A DNA stretch of 64,000 nt from Mobula hypostoma (Eukaryota), in the NCBI RefSeq assembly GCF_963921235.1, contig NC_086119.1:8308001-8372000 (forward strand), given 5' to 3'. The notes under the pieces were generated by a model that was given only the letters and a program-made list of their open reading frames with translations, did no database searches and had not been told where the DNA came from. This document shows, in pieces, positions 24,570 through 39,332 of the stretch. The position numbers and the translations under genes are program-made. Every line of letters starts with the position of its first letter. Position 1 is the first letter of the stretch.

Positions 24570-25375
24570 TTTGGTTTTTTAGCGCTGGAAATAGTTACAT
24601 TCCGACACGTCTCATTAGCGGGGCAGCAGTATGGTCGCATTGTTTATTCCAGGGACCAGCTGATTGCGCTTATGCCGGCTGGTTTAGTGAGCAGAGCGGC
24701 GGACACCCCTGCTGAAATCTGGAGGAAAACACACAGAGGATGCAGAGGGGGATCACAAAGGCGAGGAAAGAGGACCGGGTCGAGACAACAGAGTCTTATG
24801 GAGAAGAGGAGTTCGGTGGGTAATAAAATTGTTGAGTTGATGGCGCTAGCCAGGCGTTAGAGAACATTTCGGGAGTGCAGTGTTATGTGTTTTACTGGGG
24901 CTGCACGAGGACATGCCCGACCAAAACTTTTCCATGGAGGGCTTCCAGACCGTTCGGGCTGACCGGAAGTGCACTGAGAGCGGTAAGCGTAAAGGAGTTG
25001 GGGGCTTATTGTTCTGGTTAACAATGGATGGTGCAATCCGGGTCATATTACGATCGAGGAATGTGTTTGTAGACCGGATACTGAACTTTTTGCTGTTGGA
25101 CTCCGGCCGTATTCCACCGAGATACAACACTGGGCGTCACGGGAGGTTGTTCCTGCCTGTGGCCATCGACCTTTGCAGCTCCTCCCGTGGAGGGTCAGAC
25201 ACCCTGAGCCAATAGACTGGTCCTGGACTTATTTCCATCTGGCATAGTCTGCATATTGTTGTTTGATTGTTTGTGGTTTTTGTATTGCTATATTTATGCT
25301 CTATTCGTGGTTGGTGCGGCTGTAACGAAACCCAATTTCCCTCGGGATCAATGAAGTATATCTATCTATCTATCT
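24570..25375 (+). mobile_element. Internally deleted Rex1/Babar-like LINE (5' end fused to 3' end)
   Basis: IVYSRDQLIAL...RKTHRGCRGG and APE motifs (GFQTVRADR..ESGKRKG), jumping at ~25112 to the C-terminal GRLFLPVAI; (TATC)n tail. Confidence 0.7.
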
Positions 25376-25939
25376 AGAACACATCACCCAGTTTGCAATG
25401 AAAGAGAAGATTGGTAGTTCAGGTTGGCTGCTTGTTTGTAGGGTTTATGCTCTGTTCGTGGTTGGTGTGGCTGTAACGAAACCCAATTTCCCTCGGGATG
25501 AATAAAGTATATCTATCTATCTATTTTGTACCTATGATAGATAAATCTGAATCTGAGCTTGTATCCCTCTCCTCTTTAACTAGCAGCCTCAGTCATAAAA
25601 GCTTCAAGAATCCCCCAGCATATTCCCTCATTCCAGAATCCCTCATTCATTTCTGTGCTTCCTGATACTCATTTCCAAATAGTCTGCCTTTCATTTTATC
25701 TTCTGTGTGCCTTGTTCTTGATTGCCTTATCAGAGGAAATGTTTTCTTTGTACTTGCTTCAGAGAGGAAACATTCATGGGGCAAAGGAGGAAGATTTCTA
25801 TAACTTGGCTTCTTTCTGTCAGTCCCACTGCAGGGTCAGTGTCAAGTTTCTTGTCCTACACACAATTACGTGAAACGGCTCCAGTCTGCTAGATGTCGCC
25901 CACTCACTAGCTACTTCAAGCAGTGAATTACAATCACTG

Positions 25940-28900
25940 AAGTAGTGAGTGAGAGAATAACACCTTGCAGAAAGAGAACCATTTGAAAACTGCCTTGCTG
26001 AGAATTTAAGCCAATAAAAAGAAAGGAGGTGTAAGCAGAGTGGCCATTGTTAGAGTGAGAGTGGTCTGGCTTTGGCTCAACAAACTTTGGATGAAAACAG
26101 GCTTGGGCTAGCACAGATGCAGGCACTAAGTAAGTTTCCAGTAAGATTTATTTTCTGTTAGTACACAGCTGGTGCACTGACAATGGGTCCCGAGTTAGTG
26201 GTATGTTTCTTGTGTGAAATGTGGGATTTTGGGAGACCTTCAGTCTTCCTGATAACTACATCTGCCTGGAGTGCACTGAGTTACAGCTCCTTAGAGATCA
26301 TGTTAAGAAACTAGAGCTGTAGCTTGATGACCCTCAGCTCCTACGGAAAATGAGGTGATAGATGGGAGCTACAGGAAGATAGTTACCCCTAGATTGCAGG
26401 AGGTCAGTATCTGTGTGACTGTCAGGCGAGGGAAGGGGAATGGGTAGCCAGTGCAGAGTACCCCTGGGGCTGTTTTCCTCAATAATAAGTATACTGCTTT
26501 GGATACTGCTGGGTGGACGACCTACTAGGGAGATGCCGCAGCGAGCAGGTCTCTTGCACAGAGATTGGCTCTGTGGCTCAGGAGGGAAGGAGGGAGAAGA
26601 GACAATCTGTAGAGCTAGGGGATTCATAGTTAGGGGAACAGAAAGGAAGTACTGTGGACAAAACAGAATTCCTGGATGGTTTGTTGCCTCCCAGGTGCCA
26701 GGATCAGGGAAATCTCAGATTGAGTCCACAGCATTGTTTAGTGGGAGAGTGAGCAGCCAAAGGTGTTGTCTATGTCAGTACCAATGACATGGGTAGGATG
26801 GGTGAAGATGTCCTACAAAGTGAGTTCAGGGAGTTAGGTGCTAAGTTAAAGGACAGGGCCTCCTGGGCTGTGATCTCAGGATTGCTACCCGTGCTAGTGC
26901 TAGTGAGGTCAGAAATAGGATGATCATACAGTTTAAATCATGACTAAGGAGTTGGTGCAGGAGGGAGTGCATATTTTTGGATCATTGGGCTCTCTTCCAG
27001 GGAAGATGGGACTTGTGCAGAAGGGATGGTTTGCACCTAAACTGGAGGGAGACTAATATCATAGTAGGAAGGTTTGTTAATGCTGCACGGTAGGGTTAAA
27101 ATTAGAGTTGCAGGGGGATGGGAACTTGAATGCCAGAACAGATAGTGGAGTGTTTGTGGAGAACGATGTTTTTAAACTTACGTACAGGGTTAGGAATCAA
27201 AAGGTTGAGCATGGTGGGACTAATAGTCTGAGCTGTGTATATTTCAATGCATGGAATATTGTAGGAAAGGTGGTTGAGCTTAGGGCATAGATCAGCACAT
27301 GAAATTATGGCATTATAGCCATTAGTGAGCCTTGGTTTCAGGAGGTGCAGGACTGGCAGTTCAATATTCTGGATTCCATTGCTTTAGACGTGATAGAGTG
27401 GAGGAGTTAAATGGGGAGGGTCGGCATTACCAGGCAGGAAAAATGTCATGGCAGTGCTCAGTCTGGAAAGCTCGTCTAGTGAGACTTTGTGGGTAGAAAT
27501 AAGGAATAAGAAAGGTATGACCATCTTAATAGGATTATATTATAAACCACCAAACAGTCACTGGGATTTAGAGGAGCAAATTTATAAGAGAGATTGCAGA
27601 CTGTTCCAAGAAGCACAAGGTAGGTGATTTTAAACTTTCCACATATTGACTGGGACTCCCATACTGTAAAAGGGTTAGATGGGAAAGAATTTGTCAAATA
27701 TGTTCAGAAAAATTTCCTTAATCAGTACATAAAGTCCCAACTAGAGAGAGAGTGATACCCGATCTTCTATTAGGGAATGAGAAGACAGGTGAAAGGTTTG
27801 TGTAGGGGAACACTTTGCATCTAGTGATCATAATGCCATTAGTTTCAAGGGAATTATGGAGAAGGATAGATCTGGTCCACAGGTTGAGATTCTAAATTGG
27901 AGAAAAACAATTTTGATGTTATTAGAAAGAATATGGCAAATGTGGATGGGGATAGATTGTTTTCTGGCAAAGGTGTACTTGGTGAGTAGGAGGCCTTCAA
28001 AAGTGTAATTTTGAGAGTACAGAGTTTGCATGTTCCTCTCAGAATAAAAGGCAAGGATAACAGGTTTATGGAACCATAGTTTTCAAAAGATTTTGAGGCC
28101 CAGGTTTTAAAAGAAAAAGGAGGTGCATAGCAGGTATAGGCAGGCAGGAACAAATGAGGTTCTTGAGGGGTATCAGAAATGCAAATGAATACTTGAGAAG
28201 GAAATCAGGAGGCCTAGAAGAAGACACAAGGTTGCTTGAGCAGACAAGGTGAAGGAGAATCCTAAGGGCTGCTACAGATATATTAAAAGCAAAAGGATAG
28301 CAAAAGACAACATTAGTCCTCTGGAAGATTAGAGTGGTAATCTATGTGTGGAGCTGAAAGAGATAGAGATCTTAAATGAACTTCTTGCATTGGTATTTAC
28401 TTGGGAGACAAACACAAAATCTATGGGTGTGAGGCAATGCAGTGGTCAGATCATGGACCTTAAACAGATTACAGAGAAGGTGTTTGCTGATTTGAAGCAA
28501 ATCAAGGTGGATAAATCCCCAGAGCTTGACAAGGTGTTCCCTCAGACCCTACGGGAGGCAAGTGCAGAAACTGCAAGAGCCCTAGCAGAGATATTGAAGT
28601 CATCCTTAGCCACAGGTGAGATGCCAGAGGATTGGAGAAAAGTTTAATCATGTTCCATTGTTTAAGAAAGGATCTAAGAATAAGCCAGCAAAATTATAAG
28701 CCAGTGAGCCAGACATCAGTAAAGGGAAGGGATTCAAAAGGACTGGAAACATATTTATTTGGATAGACAGGGACTGATTAGGGATAGTCAACATGGCTTT
28801 GTGTGTGGTATCTAACCAATATTACAGTTTTTCAAGGAAGTTACCAGGAAAGTTGATAAAGGCAAGGCAGTGGATGTTGCCTACATGGACCTTAGCAATG

Positions 28901-30030
28901 CTTTTGACAAGTTCCTGTATGGAAGATTGGTCAAGAAGTTTCAGTTGCTTCACATTCAAGATGAGTTAGTAAATTGGATTTAGATATTGGCTTTGTGGGA
29001 GAAGACAGAGAGTGGTGGTAAAAGGTTGCCTCTCTGACTGGATGCCTGCGACTAGCGGTGTGCTGCAGTGATCGGTGCTGGGTTCTTTGTTGTTGGTCAA
29101 CTATATCAATGATCTGGATTATAATGTGATAAACTCAATCAACAAGTTTGTAGATGACACCAAAGTTGGGGGTGTATTGGATAGTGTTGAAGACTATCAA
29201 AGTTTGTAACAGGATCTGGACCAGATGAAAAAATGGGCTAAAAAAATGGCAGATGGAATTTAATGCAGACAAGTGCAAGTTGTTGCACTTTGGGAGGACC
29301 AACCAGGGTAGGTCTTATACAGTGAGTGGTTGGGCACTGAGGAGAACAGAGGGATTTGGGAATACAGATCTATAATTCCTTGAAAGTGGCATCACAGATA
29401 CAGTAGATAAGGTCATAAAGCTTTTGGCACATTGGTCTTCGTAAATCAATGTAATGAGTACAGGAGTTGTGATGTTATGTTGAAATTGAATAAGATATTG
29501 GTGAGGCCTAATTTGGAGTACTGCGTGCAGTTTTGGTCACTTGCCTACAGGAAAGATGCAAATTAGTTTGAAAGAATGCAGAGAAAATTTATAAGGATAT
29601 TGCTGGGACTTGAGGACCTGAGTTATAGTGGAAAATTTAATAGGTTAGGACTTTATTTCCTGGAAAATTGAGGAGAAATTTGATAGACTTGTACCAAATT
29701 ATGAGGGGCATAGAGTAAATGCAAGCCAGCTTTTTCCACTGAGGTTAGGTGAGTCTACAACTAGAGGTTGTGGGTTAGGGGTAAAATATGAAATGTTTAA
29801 GGGAAACATGAAGGAGAGCATCTTCACTAAGAGGGCGGTGAGAGTGTGGAATGAGCTGCCTGCGCAAGTGGTGGATGTGGGGGTGATACTTCTATAGGTA
29901 CATGGATGAGAGGGGTATGGAATGCTCTGCTCTGGGTGCAGGTCGATGGAACTAGGTAGGTTCATGGTTCAGCACAGGCTAGGTGGGCTGGAAGGCCTGT
30001 TTCTGTGCTGTAGTGTTCTATGACTCTATA
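25940..30030 (+). mobile_element. Near full-length but degraded CR1-clade LINE in RAD51C intron 4
   Basis: ORF1 remnant with Cys-rich start (~26200) and esterase-like GDSIVRG region (~26620). ORF2 remnant with APE start (YFNAWNI, ~27240), PEDWRK and KFVDDTK (~29145). 3' tail TTCTATGACTCTAT. Many stops and frameshifts. Confidence 0.85.
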
Positions 30031-33000
30031 TAAACAGGTGCAGTGAAAAACGCAGCATCATCATAGGCACATAACATCATATTAGTAGCATTCTTAAGAA
30101 ACAAATTGTATGCAATTTTTACAAGAAACGACACAATTAGAACGCAATTAAGAAAAATCCATTTTAGTCAAAGAGATCAAGGTGGTCGTAGTGTAACTGA
30201 ATTGTAGTGAACATGAGGAAATCTTGAGCAACACACACACAATATTGGAGGAACTCAGCAGGACAGGCAGCATTTATGAAAGAGAATGGACAGTCAACAT
30301 TTCGGGCCAAATTCCTTTATCAGTGGTTAGGGTTGTGCTGATTGCCTCAAGAACCAAATGGTTGAAGGGAAGTTGTGGGTCTTCAAGCTTCTGTAGCTCC
30401 TTCCCAAAACATTGACTATTCTTTTCCCACGCTGATGCTGCTTGACTGCTCAGTGCCTCCCGTGTGTTTTTGTTGCTTCAGATTCCAGCACCTGGACTCT
30501 TCTTGTACCCTTGTACAATATTCCTTTCCCCTCTAACTATCTAGCTCTTACAGTCAAGATCCCTCAGTATCTGCAGAGTTCAGTGGAAGGCAGTACATTG
30601 CAACACATAATAAAAACTGTAAATTACAGTGTGTATATATTCCTGAATCATTGAGTGTGCGCCTTTAGGCTCCTGTATCACCACCTCGATGATAGCAATG
30701 AGAAGAGGACATGTCCTGGGTGATGGGGGTCCTTAAGAATGGATGCTACTTTTTTGAGGCATTGCTCCTTGAAGATGTCCTTGTCCTGAATGCTGGGGAG
30801 CATCCCAGCATCTTTGCTTCCTGATACTCATTTTCAACCTATGGACTCACTTTCAAGAACTCTTCATCTCATGATGTCAATAATTATTGCTTATTATTAT
30901 TTCATTTTTTTTGTATCTGCATAGTTTGTTATCTTGCACATTGGTTGTTTGTCCATCTTGTGTGTAGTTTTTCATTGATTCTTTTGTGTTTCTTTGTATT
31001 TGCTGTGAATTCCTACAAGAAAATGAATCTCAAGGTTGTATTTGGTGATGTATATGTGCTTTGATAATTTTACTGTGAACTATGTGGAGCACTGTCTTAA
31101 GAAAGCAGCATCTATCATCAAGGACTCCCATCATCCATGCCGTATCCTCTTCTCACTGCTATCATCAGGCAAGAGCCTTGAGTCCCACACCACCAGGTTC
31201 AGGAACTGATATTACCTTTCAACCATCAAGCTCCTGAATCAGTGTGGATAACTTCACTCACCTCAACTTTGAACTGACTCCACAACCTACAGACCCACTT
31301 TCAAGGTCTCTACAACTCATGTTTCCAGCATTATTTATCTACTTTTTTAATTATTTGCTCACTTGGTCCTTTGCACACTGGTTGTTTGACAATCATTGGT
31401 ATTTTTGGTTTTTCGTTGATTCTGTTGTATTTCATTGTTTTCCTGTGAATGTCAGCAAGGAAATGAATCTCTGGGTAGTATATGGTGACATATATGTGCT
31501 TAGATAATTAACTTTGAACTTCTTTCCTCTTTCTGTTATCCTGCTGCATTAATTCTTTTCATCTATCTAAACACTCTTCAAATTCCTAAGCTCGTGGGAA
31601 TACATACCATATTTTTAGAATCTGCATTTGTAACTTAAGTTTGTAACCCAGTGTTCTTTCAGCTGAATCTGTGATTCCAAGATTCATCTTCCTCCTGTGA
31701 TGACTAAAGCTGAACAATTCCAGGTGACATCTGACCATGTAACTTCCCCTGCCTTGTCTGCTTGCCTCTAAGGTAAAAGGCCAGCATCCACTGCAATATT
31801 TTCATTCTTGTTTTGTATCCTTTGGTTCATTTCTATATCCACTCCTCTTTATTTCTTAAGTTACCTATTTTAAGATCTCAGTGTAGAGCAATGTAAGTTA
31901 AAAGAAAATTACGTGAAATGAATTATACCCATGTGACTTAATTAACCTATTAACCATTACATCTTTGCAATGTGGAGAAAACCAGAGCACCCAAAGGAAA
32001 CCCACATGGGCACAAAATAAACTTTGCAGACACTGGCGGGAGTAGAACCCTGGTCTATGGTGCTATAATAACGTTAAAGCACCAACCGCTATGCTACCAC
32101 GCCACCTTTAAATTGGTTAGATCTTTGCTGGATCACAAAATAATGCACAGCTTGAATTTCTCTGCACAAGCACAAGCTGGGACTCTTCTCTTAAACTTGG
32201 ATGGAGTTCCAGCTTCAGCTGCTCACTTTGGCCACTGGAGGTGGGGCTCTGACACAAACTGAGCACTGTCTGAGATTAGTCAATGTGGCCACTGGGTGGA
32301 GCCCTGGGCTCAGTGTGGCTATTAGATGCTTTGCAATCTGGCTCATAGCTCAAGATCTGCAGTTTTTTAACAAAATGATTCCTAAGATTTGCTACAGGAG
32401 CATCATCAGACAGAACACCAAACCACATCAGGGGAATAATTAAGGCACCTGAACCAGTTTGAGGAAAAAGCTTTAGATCTATAAGGGTATGTTAAAAGTG
32501 AAGAGGAGATAAAGGGAGGGGAAGCTCGAGCTCAGGGCCCAGACTGTTGTCAATTGTAACAGAGCAAAAGTTTGAGGTATTAATTAGGCCATAGTTGGAG
32601 TACTCTGTACAGTTCTGGTCACCACATAATAGGAAAGATGTGACTGCATTGGAAGGGCACAGAGGGGATTCCCACCTTTGCCTGGAGTGAGGTCGCCTCA
32701 GCTATGAGGAGAGGCTAGGTTTGTTTTCTGTGGAGTGGAGAAGACAGAGCCGGGATGTGATTGAAGTATACAAATGGAGCTGAATAAATGGAATAGTAGG
32801 AAGTTTTACCCCCTTAGCAGAGGTGTCTATAAACAGAAGGCAAGAGATGAGAGACAGAGTGGTCGAAATCTGGAATGCACCATCTGAGGGGGGCAGATAC
32901 ATTAAGTTCAAGAGGTGGTTAGCTGAGCACTTAAAAGGCTCCTGACGGAGTGCAGGAGAATGGTGTTAGTATATGTGGGTGGAGATAATAAATTCCATCC

Positions 33001-33859
33001 CTTGTCTCCCTCTTTTTAATACTGGCTGTCTTTAAGTCCAAGAGTAGGGTCTCAACTCAAAGCCTCCTCTGTCCAATTCCCTCTATAGATACTGTCTAAC
33101 CCACAGTTTCTTCAGCATTTGGGGTGTTGTGTTAGGTAGGTACTTGGTGGCTAGCACCGACACGGTGGGCTGAAAGGCCTGATTCCATGTCACCAAGATC
33201 CTATCAGTGGGAGAGAACACTGGGAATATTCAGCGGCTGTGGGGGGATCTGTAGGTAGAGACAGAGGAGATCAGAATTGGGACCAGTTTAGGAATCCAAC
33301 CTGTTTTACATTGCATAGAAGGGTGAGGGGTGGTGAAGGGGAAATGAGTATCTGTGATGGGGTGGAGAGCAAAAGAGATTGTGGTATAGTGCTGGTGGAG
33401 AGAAGGTACTTTTGCCCTGTTAATCAGTTGATCTGTGCAGGAGATGTGAGCGGAAGTCAAATGAAAACAGAACCATGGCTGATTTCTCTTTGTCCCCATT
33501 CTCCCACCTTCTCCCCATAACCTTCTCCCCATAACCCTTAACCTTCTTACCAACCAGCAACTTGTGTATCTCTTAAACACACCCACTGACTTGGCCACCA
33601 CAACCATACCTCATGTCAGCAACGTCACATCACAAATATGATAGTAGTATTCAATAGGCAGATGGGTATGCAGGGAATGAATAGATATCAAACCTCAAAG
33701 TAAATTTATTATCAAAGTATTTGTATGTTAACATGTACTACACTGAAATTCACTTTCTCACAGATTATATATATATATACTGACAAACTGAAAAAGAAGA
33801 CAAAATGCAAATAAAGTATAATACAGAGAACGAGTTGTAGAGTCCTTGAAAGTGAGTCT

Positions 33860-34169
33860 TATCATAGGCATCCGTTAGTCTCATGAGACCATGAATTTGC
33901 ACCTTGGAAGATACCCAGGACACAGGCCTGGGCAAGGTTGTATGGAAGACTGGCAGTTGCCCATGCTGCAAGTCTCCCCTCTCTACACCACCGGTGTTAT
34001 CCAAGGGAAGGGCATTAGGACCAATACAGCTTGGGACCAGTGTTGTCGCAGAGCAATGTGTGGTTAAGTGCCTTGCTCAAGGACGCAACACTGCCTCAGC
34101 CAAGGCTCGAACTAGCGACCTTCAGATCACTAGACGAACGCCTTAACCACTTGGCCACAGGCCAACACT
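33860..34169 (-). mobile_element. tRNA-derived CORE-type SINE with 11-bp TSD
   Basis: Minus strand: A-box TGGCCAAGTGG, B-box GTTCGAGCC, CORE-like CCTTGAGCAAGGCACTTAACC; TSD AAAGTGAGTCT at 33849-59 and 34170-80. Confidence 0.82.
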
Positions 34170-34652
34170 AAAGTGAGTCTGTAGGTTATGGAATCAGTTC
34201 AGTGTAGTGAATGAAGTTATCCACGCTGGCTCAGGATGATTGTAGTGAAATAACTGTTCTTGAAGCTGGTGGTGTGGGACCTAAGGTTTCTGTACCTCCT
34301 GCCCGATGGTAGTAGTGAGAAGAGCACACGTCCTGGATTGTGGGGGTCTTTGTAGGTAGAAAAGGTGTCGTTTGTGTTCAGCACATACTTTGTGGGCTGA
34401 AGGGCCTTTTAGATTGTGAGAGTAAGTAACAAATTCGGGGTTGGAGGAAATCAGGAGTGGCTGGACCCATGATTAAGGTTGTTTCTGAATTGGGAGCTGG
34501 TGCAGCAGGGAGAGCAGAGGGAGGTTCAATACTGCCAGGTCTCCCTCATTAACCTGCCCCTGAGAATTGTTCCCTCCCAGAAGTGAATCTTGCTTGGAGA
34601 TGGAATGTGGCCAGATTTTGAGGCTGATCTGTGTTCCATGTTGATTTTCTAG

Positions 34653-34784
34653 GTCCGGATTGTGGTAATTGACAGCATTGCGTTCCCGTTCCGCCACCAC
34701 CTGGAGGACCTGTCGCTACGGACACGGTTACTGAATGGACTTGCTCAGCAGCTGATCACCATGGCCAACAAGCACAGTGTGGCA
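34653..34784 (+). CDS. RAD51C: RAD51C exon 5 (Walker B VRIVVID)
   Basis: [44 protein letters not shown]; ttctag| and |gtaagt; 132 nt. Confidence 0.97.
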
Positions 34785-36290
34785 GTAAGTAAAACCTGGC
34801 ATCTTGTCATCACCTAGGAGTGGAGTGGAGTGGCAGCAGCCAAACACAAATACCATTTATCCAGATCTTCCAGACTCCCCTTCAATACAAGGCCTATTTG
34901 GCTAGCAGAACTACTAATTTCCTTACAGCAAAGGCTATTCAGCCCAGTGAGTCAATGCCAGCTTTTAGAGTAATCTCATTCCCCCACAGATATTCCCTGT
35001 TATTAGTTCTCCCAACATATCCATCAATATGGATGTATTTAAACCAGAGGTTGATAGGTACTTAATTAGTAAGGGCACCAAAGATTATGGGGAGAAGGCA
35101 GGGGAATGTGTTTGAGAGGGAAAATAAATCAGCCATGATCAAATGGTGAAGCAGACTTAATGGGCCAAATTGTCTAATTCTGCTCCTATGTTTTATGGTC
35201 TAACTCTACCCAGATTCTGCTCACCCACATAACAGGGGTCAATTAACCTGTCCATCCACGTTTCTTTAGAAGATGGGATGGGATGAGATGAGAGCATGTG
35301 GAGGAAACCCTTGTGGTCATTGGGAGAGCGTTCAAACTCTACACAGACAGCACTGGAGGGTAGGATCAAACCGGAATCTCTGGAGCTACAAGGTAGTGGC
35401 TCTACTAGTTGTATCGAATGTGCTTCCAGACCAGGCTAGACCTCATTTTGGCCAAAGAGACATGAGAGACCTGCAGACACTGGAATCAATGGCAAAAAAA
35501 AGTAGCTGGAAGAACTCAGCAGGTCAGGCAGCATCTGTGCAAGCAGAGGGATAACGAACATTTTGTATCCTATTGAAGGGTCTTGACCTGAAGTATCAAC
35601 CATCCCTTTGGCTCCACTTTGCCCTTTGCCTGACCCACTGAGTTCCTCCATGCAACTTCTTTAAAATCTTGTTTCAGTCAACCCTGTGTTGGAACTGGAC
35701 TCAACAAAGTGACTTAATGCTAAATTGTTGCCCTTGACATCTGATGGAAAAGAGTAACCATTGAGAAAGACTGGATTATCCATTTGATGGTTCTGGGCCT
35801 GTACTTGGATTTTTGAAGAATGATGGGAGGATTTCATTGAAACCTATTGAATATTGAAAGGGATAGATAGAGTGGACGTGGAGAGGATGTTTCCTATGGG
35901 GGGGGGAGTCTAGGATCAGAGGGCACAGCCTCAGAATGTGTTCCTTTCGAACAAAGGTGAGGCAAAATTTCTTCAGCCAGTGGGTGATGAATCTGTGGAA
36001 TTCATTGCCACAGGCGACTGTGGAGGCCAAGTCATTGAATATATTTAAAGCGGAGGTTGATAGGTTCTTAGTTAGCTAGAGCATCAAAGGTTACGGGGAG
36101 AAGGTAGGAGAATGAGATTGAGAGGGATAATAAATCAGACTCGATGGGCTGAATGACTTAATTCTGCTCTTACATCTTATGGTATTATCCTGATGACCTG
36201 GTTTTAGAGCTCTACTTCACCTGCCTCTTTTGAGTTGATAGATTATGTAAGTACATAACAAGCTTAATAGTTACTGTTGTCCTCTTCAAG

Positions 36291-36357
36291 GTGGTGCTGA
36301 CCAACCAGATGACCACACGATTTGGAGAAGCCCAGTCCTCGTTGGTGCCTGCCCTCG
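36291..36357 (+). CDS. RAD51C: RAD51C exon 6
   Basis: VVLTNQMTTRFGEAQSSLVPAL(G); tcaag| and |gtgaga; 67 nt. Confidence 0.96.
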
Positions 36358-39271
36358 GTGAGACTCTCCAGTTCCTTCTCTTTTTTTTGGTCTAGTTTTA
36401 TATTAAAACAAGTGGTGCATCTTCCCTGGGCCACGGGATCTTGGTTATTTACCAGCTTTTCCTTCCCCTTCCCCAACAGCACACATACGTGCACTCACGT
36501 AGCAAAACAATTTGCATTTATATAGCACTTTAATTTAAATTATTCTACAGTAGTGATTGTTATCATGCTAAATTTGACATAAGCCAGGCAGATCTTGGGA
36601 CAGGTAACCAATGACATAGTTAATGAGGTGGAGTTTTCCATATTATTTCCATATTTGCTTGTAGGATAGAAGAAGGCCCTTCAGCCCAACCAGACTGCAG
36701 GATCTCAGAACAGTCCCATTCCCCATTAATATTCCCTGTAATCTATTTTCCACCACATGACCATCAGTTCTGTTGTCCACAGAACCAGGGTGGATGGAAA
36801 TTTACAACGGCTATTTATCCTACTAGCCTGTGAGTGTTTGGGATGTGCAAGGAATCTCACATGGGGGAGGAGGGGAAGGGGGGAGGCCAGGGAAGGATGA
36901 CGGACATGTAAATTCCACTGAAATAGTGCAGGAGGTCCTGACTGAACCCAGTCGCTGGAACTGAGAGTCTTCAACTCTGTCAGCAGTCAAACTGTCCCAC
37001 CCTAGTAGCGACGTAATAGAAGAGAGGAAGGGGAGAAGTTCATGAATGAAATTTCGGAGTTTAAATCCTTGGAATCTAATGGCAAGCCACCACGGTGTGC
37101 TGACATCCTGAGGTTCCAGAGGAGGTTCACAAGTATCATCCCAGGAATGAAAGGATTTATACATGAGGAATATTTGATGGCTCTAAGCATGTACTCACTG
37201 GAGCTGAGAAGAATGAGGAAGAATCTCATTGAGACCTATTGAAATGCTTTACAGCGCCAGTGATCCAAGTTCAATTCCATGCTGTCTGTAAGGAGTTTGT
37301 ATGTTCTCCTCATGGCCACGGTGTTACCTCCCACATTTCAAAGATGTACGGGTTACGGTTAGTAGATTTAGGCATGCTATATTGACGCCAGAAGCTTGAC
37401 GACTCTTGAGCTGCCCCCAGCACATCCTCAGACTGCTGGTTGTTGACACAAATGAAACATTTTACTGTAAGTCTAGAGCTACATGTGACAAAGCTATTCT
37501 TTAAAAGAAGTGGCAAACCATTATGTTCAGAACTGTTAAATACGGATAACAGGACCCTGTAACAGCATTCATAAAGGACTGGACTTGAATCTTACAAGCT
37601 GGTGGTCATACTTCCTTTTTTTTAAAAGGTCACATGTTTGGTATGGCTAGAATGACGCCGCCTTAATTTTGTGTATGTGTGTGCGTGTGTGATATTTGAA
37701 TATTAAACTGATATAGTGAGTGGTTAATGATGAACATCCATTATTACCTTTATACTAGCATTTGAGTTCTTGGACTGCTATGTTAATCATTCGTTGTTTA
37801 TAACAGGATAATGTTATCTAGTCAATAGCCAACAAGATATTCTAAAAAGTTTGGGCAAAGCTCGTCCTTGTAATGGAATCAGCTTATGTTCAAGTCCTCC
37901 CATGTCAATTTTCTTCATCTTCATAACTTTGTATTTTCTCGAGACTTAAAAAATGTTACAGTTACATAATTTATGCAAGTATTGTTGGACCAGTACTGTA
38001 CAGCAGGCACAAATGCATGGTGCAAAGAGCAAAATCTTAGAACATTATCTATAAGATATCTTTTTTTTTAATTTTATTTTTATTTGGATAAGGAGTTCAC
38101 AATTATCATGTACTTTTTTCACACATATAACCTTTTCCATTTTTTTTATATGTATAAAACTACAATTATTTATATATCTTATGGACAATATTGACAAATA
38201 ATTTTCTCCCACGCCCTTAATTGTTCCAGTTTCATTGTTCACTCAGTAGAACCCAACGCTGTTTCTTTCTTTAACATAAAATGTCTGCCATTCTTCCTAC
38301 AACTCCGTCTAAAAGTAAAGGTTTCACTCTGTCCTGGCTGTTACTTCTTTGTATTATTTGTCAGTGCCTCAACTGGAAAAAGCTTTCCTTCTCCCCATAG
38401 GTGCATTAATCATTCTGCAGTGTGTGTGGTTGAGAGGGAAAATGTTCGAGTTCAGTTCTCCTGTTACAGTTCACCCTGCCTTCCTACTCAGAGTAGAGTG
38501 AGTGTTGTACAGATTTTTCTTTCTCAGTATTATGTCACAAGCAAGGATTCTTAGCAGTGAGCTGGAGCAGAGGGATCATGGAGTCCAAGACCATAGAACC
38601 TACAATTTGATATGGTGGTTAAGAAGATGTACGCAGTGTTTGCTTTCATTGGTTGGGGCATTGAGTTCAAGAGATGCGAGGTAATGTTGCAGCTCTATAA
38701 AACTGGTTAGATCACACTTAGGATATTGTGTTCAGTTCTGGCTGCCTCATTATAGGAAAGGTGGAAGCTCTAGAGAGGCTGCAGAGGAGATTTACCAGGC
38801 TGCTGCCTGGATTGGAGAGTATGTCTTGTGAGGAAGGTGATTTTATCTTTGGGATGAAGGAGGATTAGAGGCATCTTGAAAAAGGTGTACAAGGTGGAAT
38901 AAAATGGGCAGCCAGTGGCTTTTTTCCAGAATGGCAGTGGCTAGCACCATGTTTTTTTATTTTTCACAGGGTGTGATAAGTGCACGGAACACACTGTCAG
39001 AGGTGTTGGTAGAGGCAGATACATTAGGGATACTTAAGAGAATCTTAGATAGGCAGATGGAAGAAAGAAAAATGCAAGGCTAAGTGTGAGGTCTTAGATT
39101 GATCGTGGAGTAGGCTAAAAGATCAGCACAACGTTGTGAGTCAAAGAATCTGTAGTGTACTGTTCTATGTATTTTGTGGAAATTGTCCAAAGCTCCTCTG
39201 TCCCTTACATCTGTTACCCTGGGGCTAACTGAAGTCCAACCCCACCAATGATGGATTCTTGTTTTGTCTAG

Positions 39272-39332
39272 GTGAAAGCTGGGGTCACGCGGCCACCATT
39301 CGCTTAATTCTACGCTGGGAAGGCAAGCTGAG
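39272..39332 (+). CDS. RAD51C: RAD51C exon 7
   Basis: (G)ESWGHAATIRLILRWEGKL(R); tctag| and |gtaaga; 61 nt. Confidence 0.96.

Noticed and set aside
34090-34165. tRNA gene on the minus strand
   Set aside because: It is the tRNA-derived head of a SINE bounded by a TSD.
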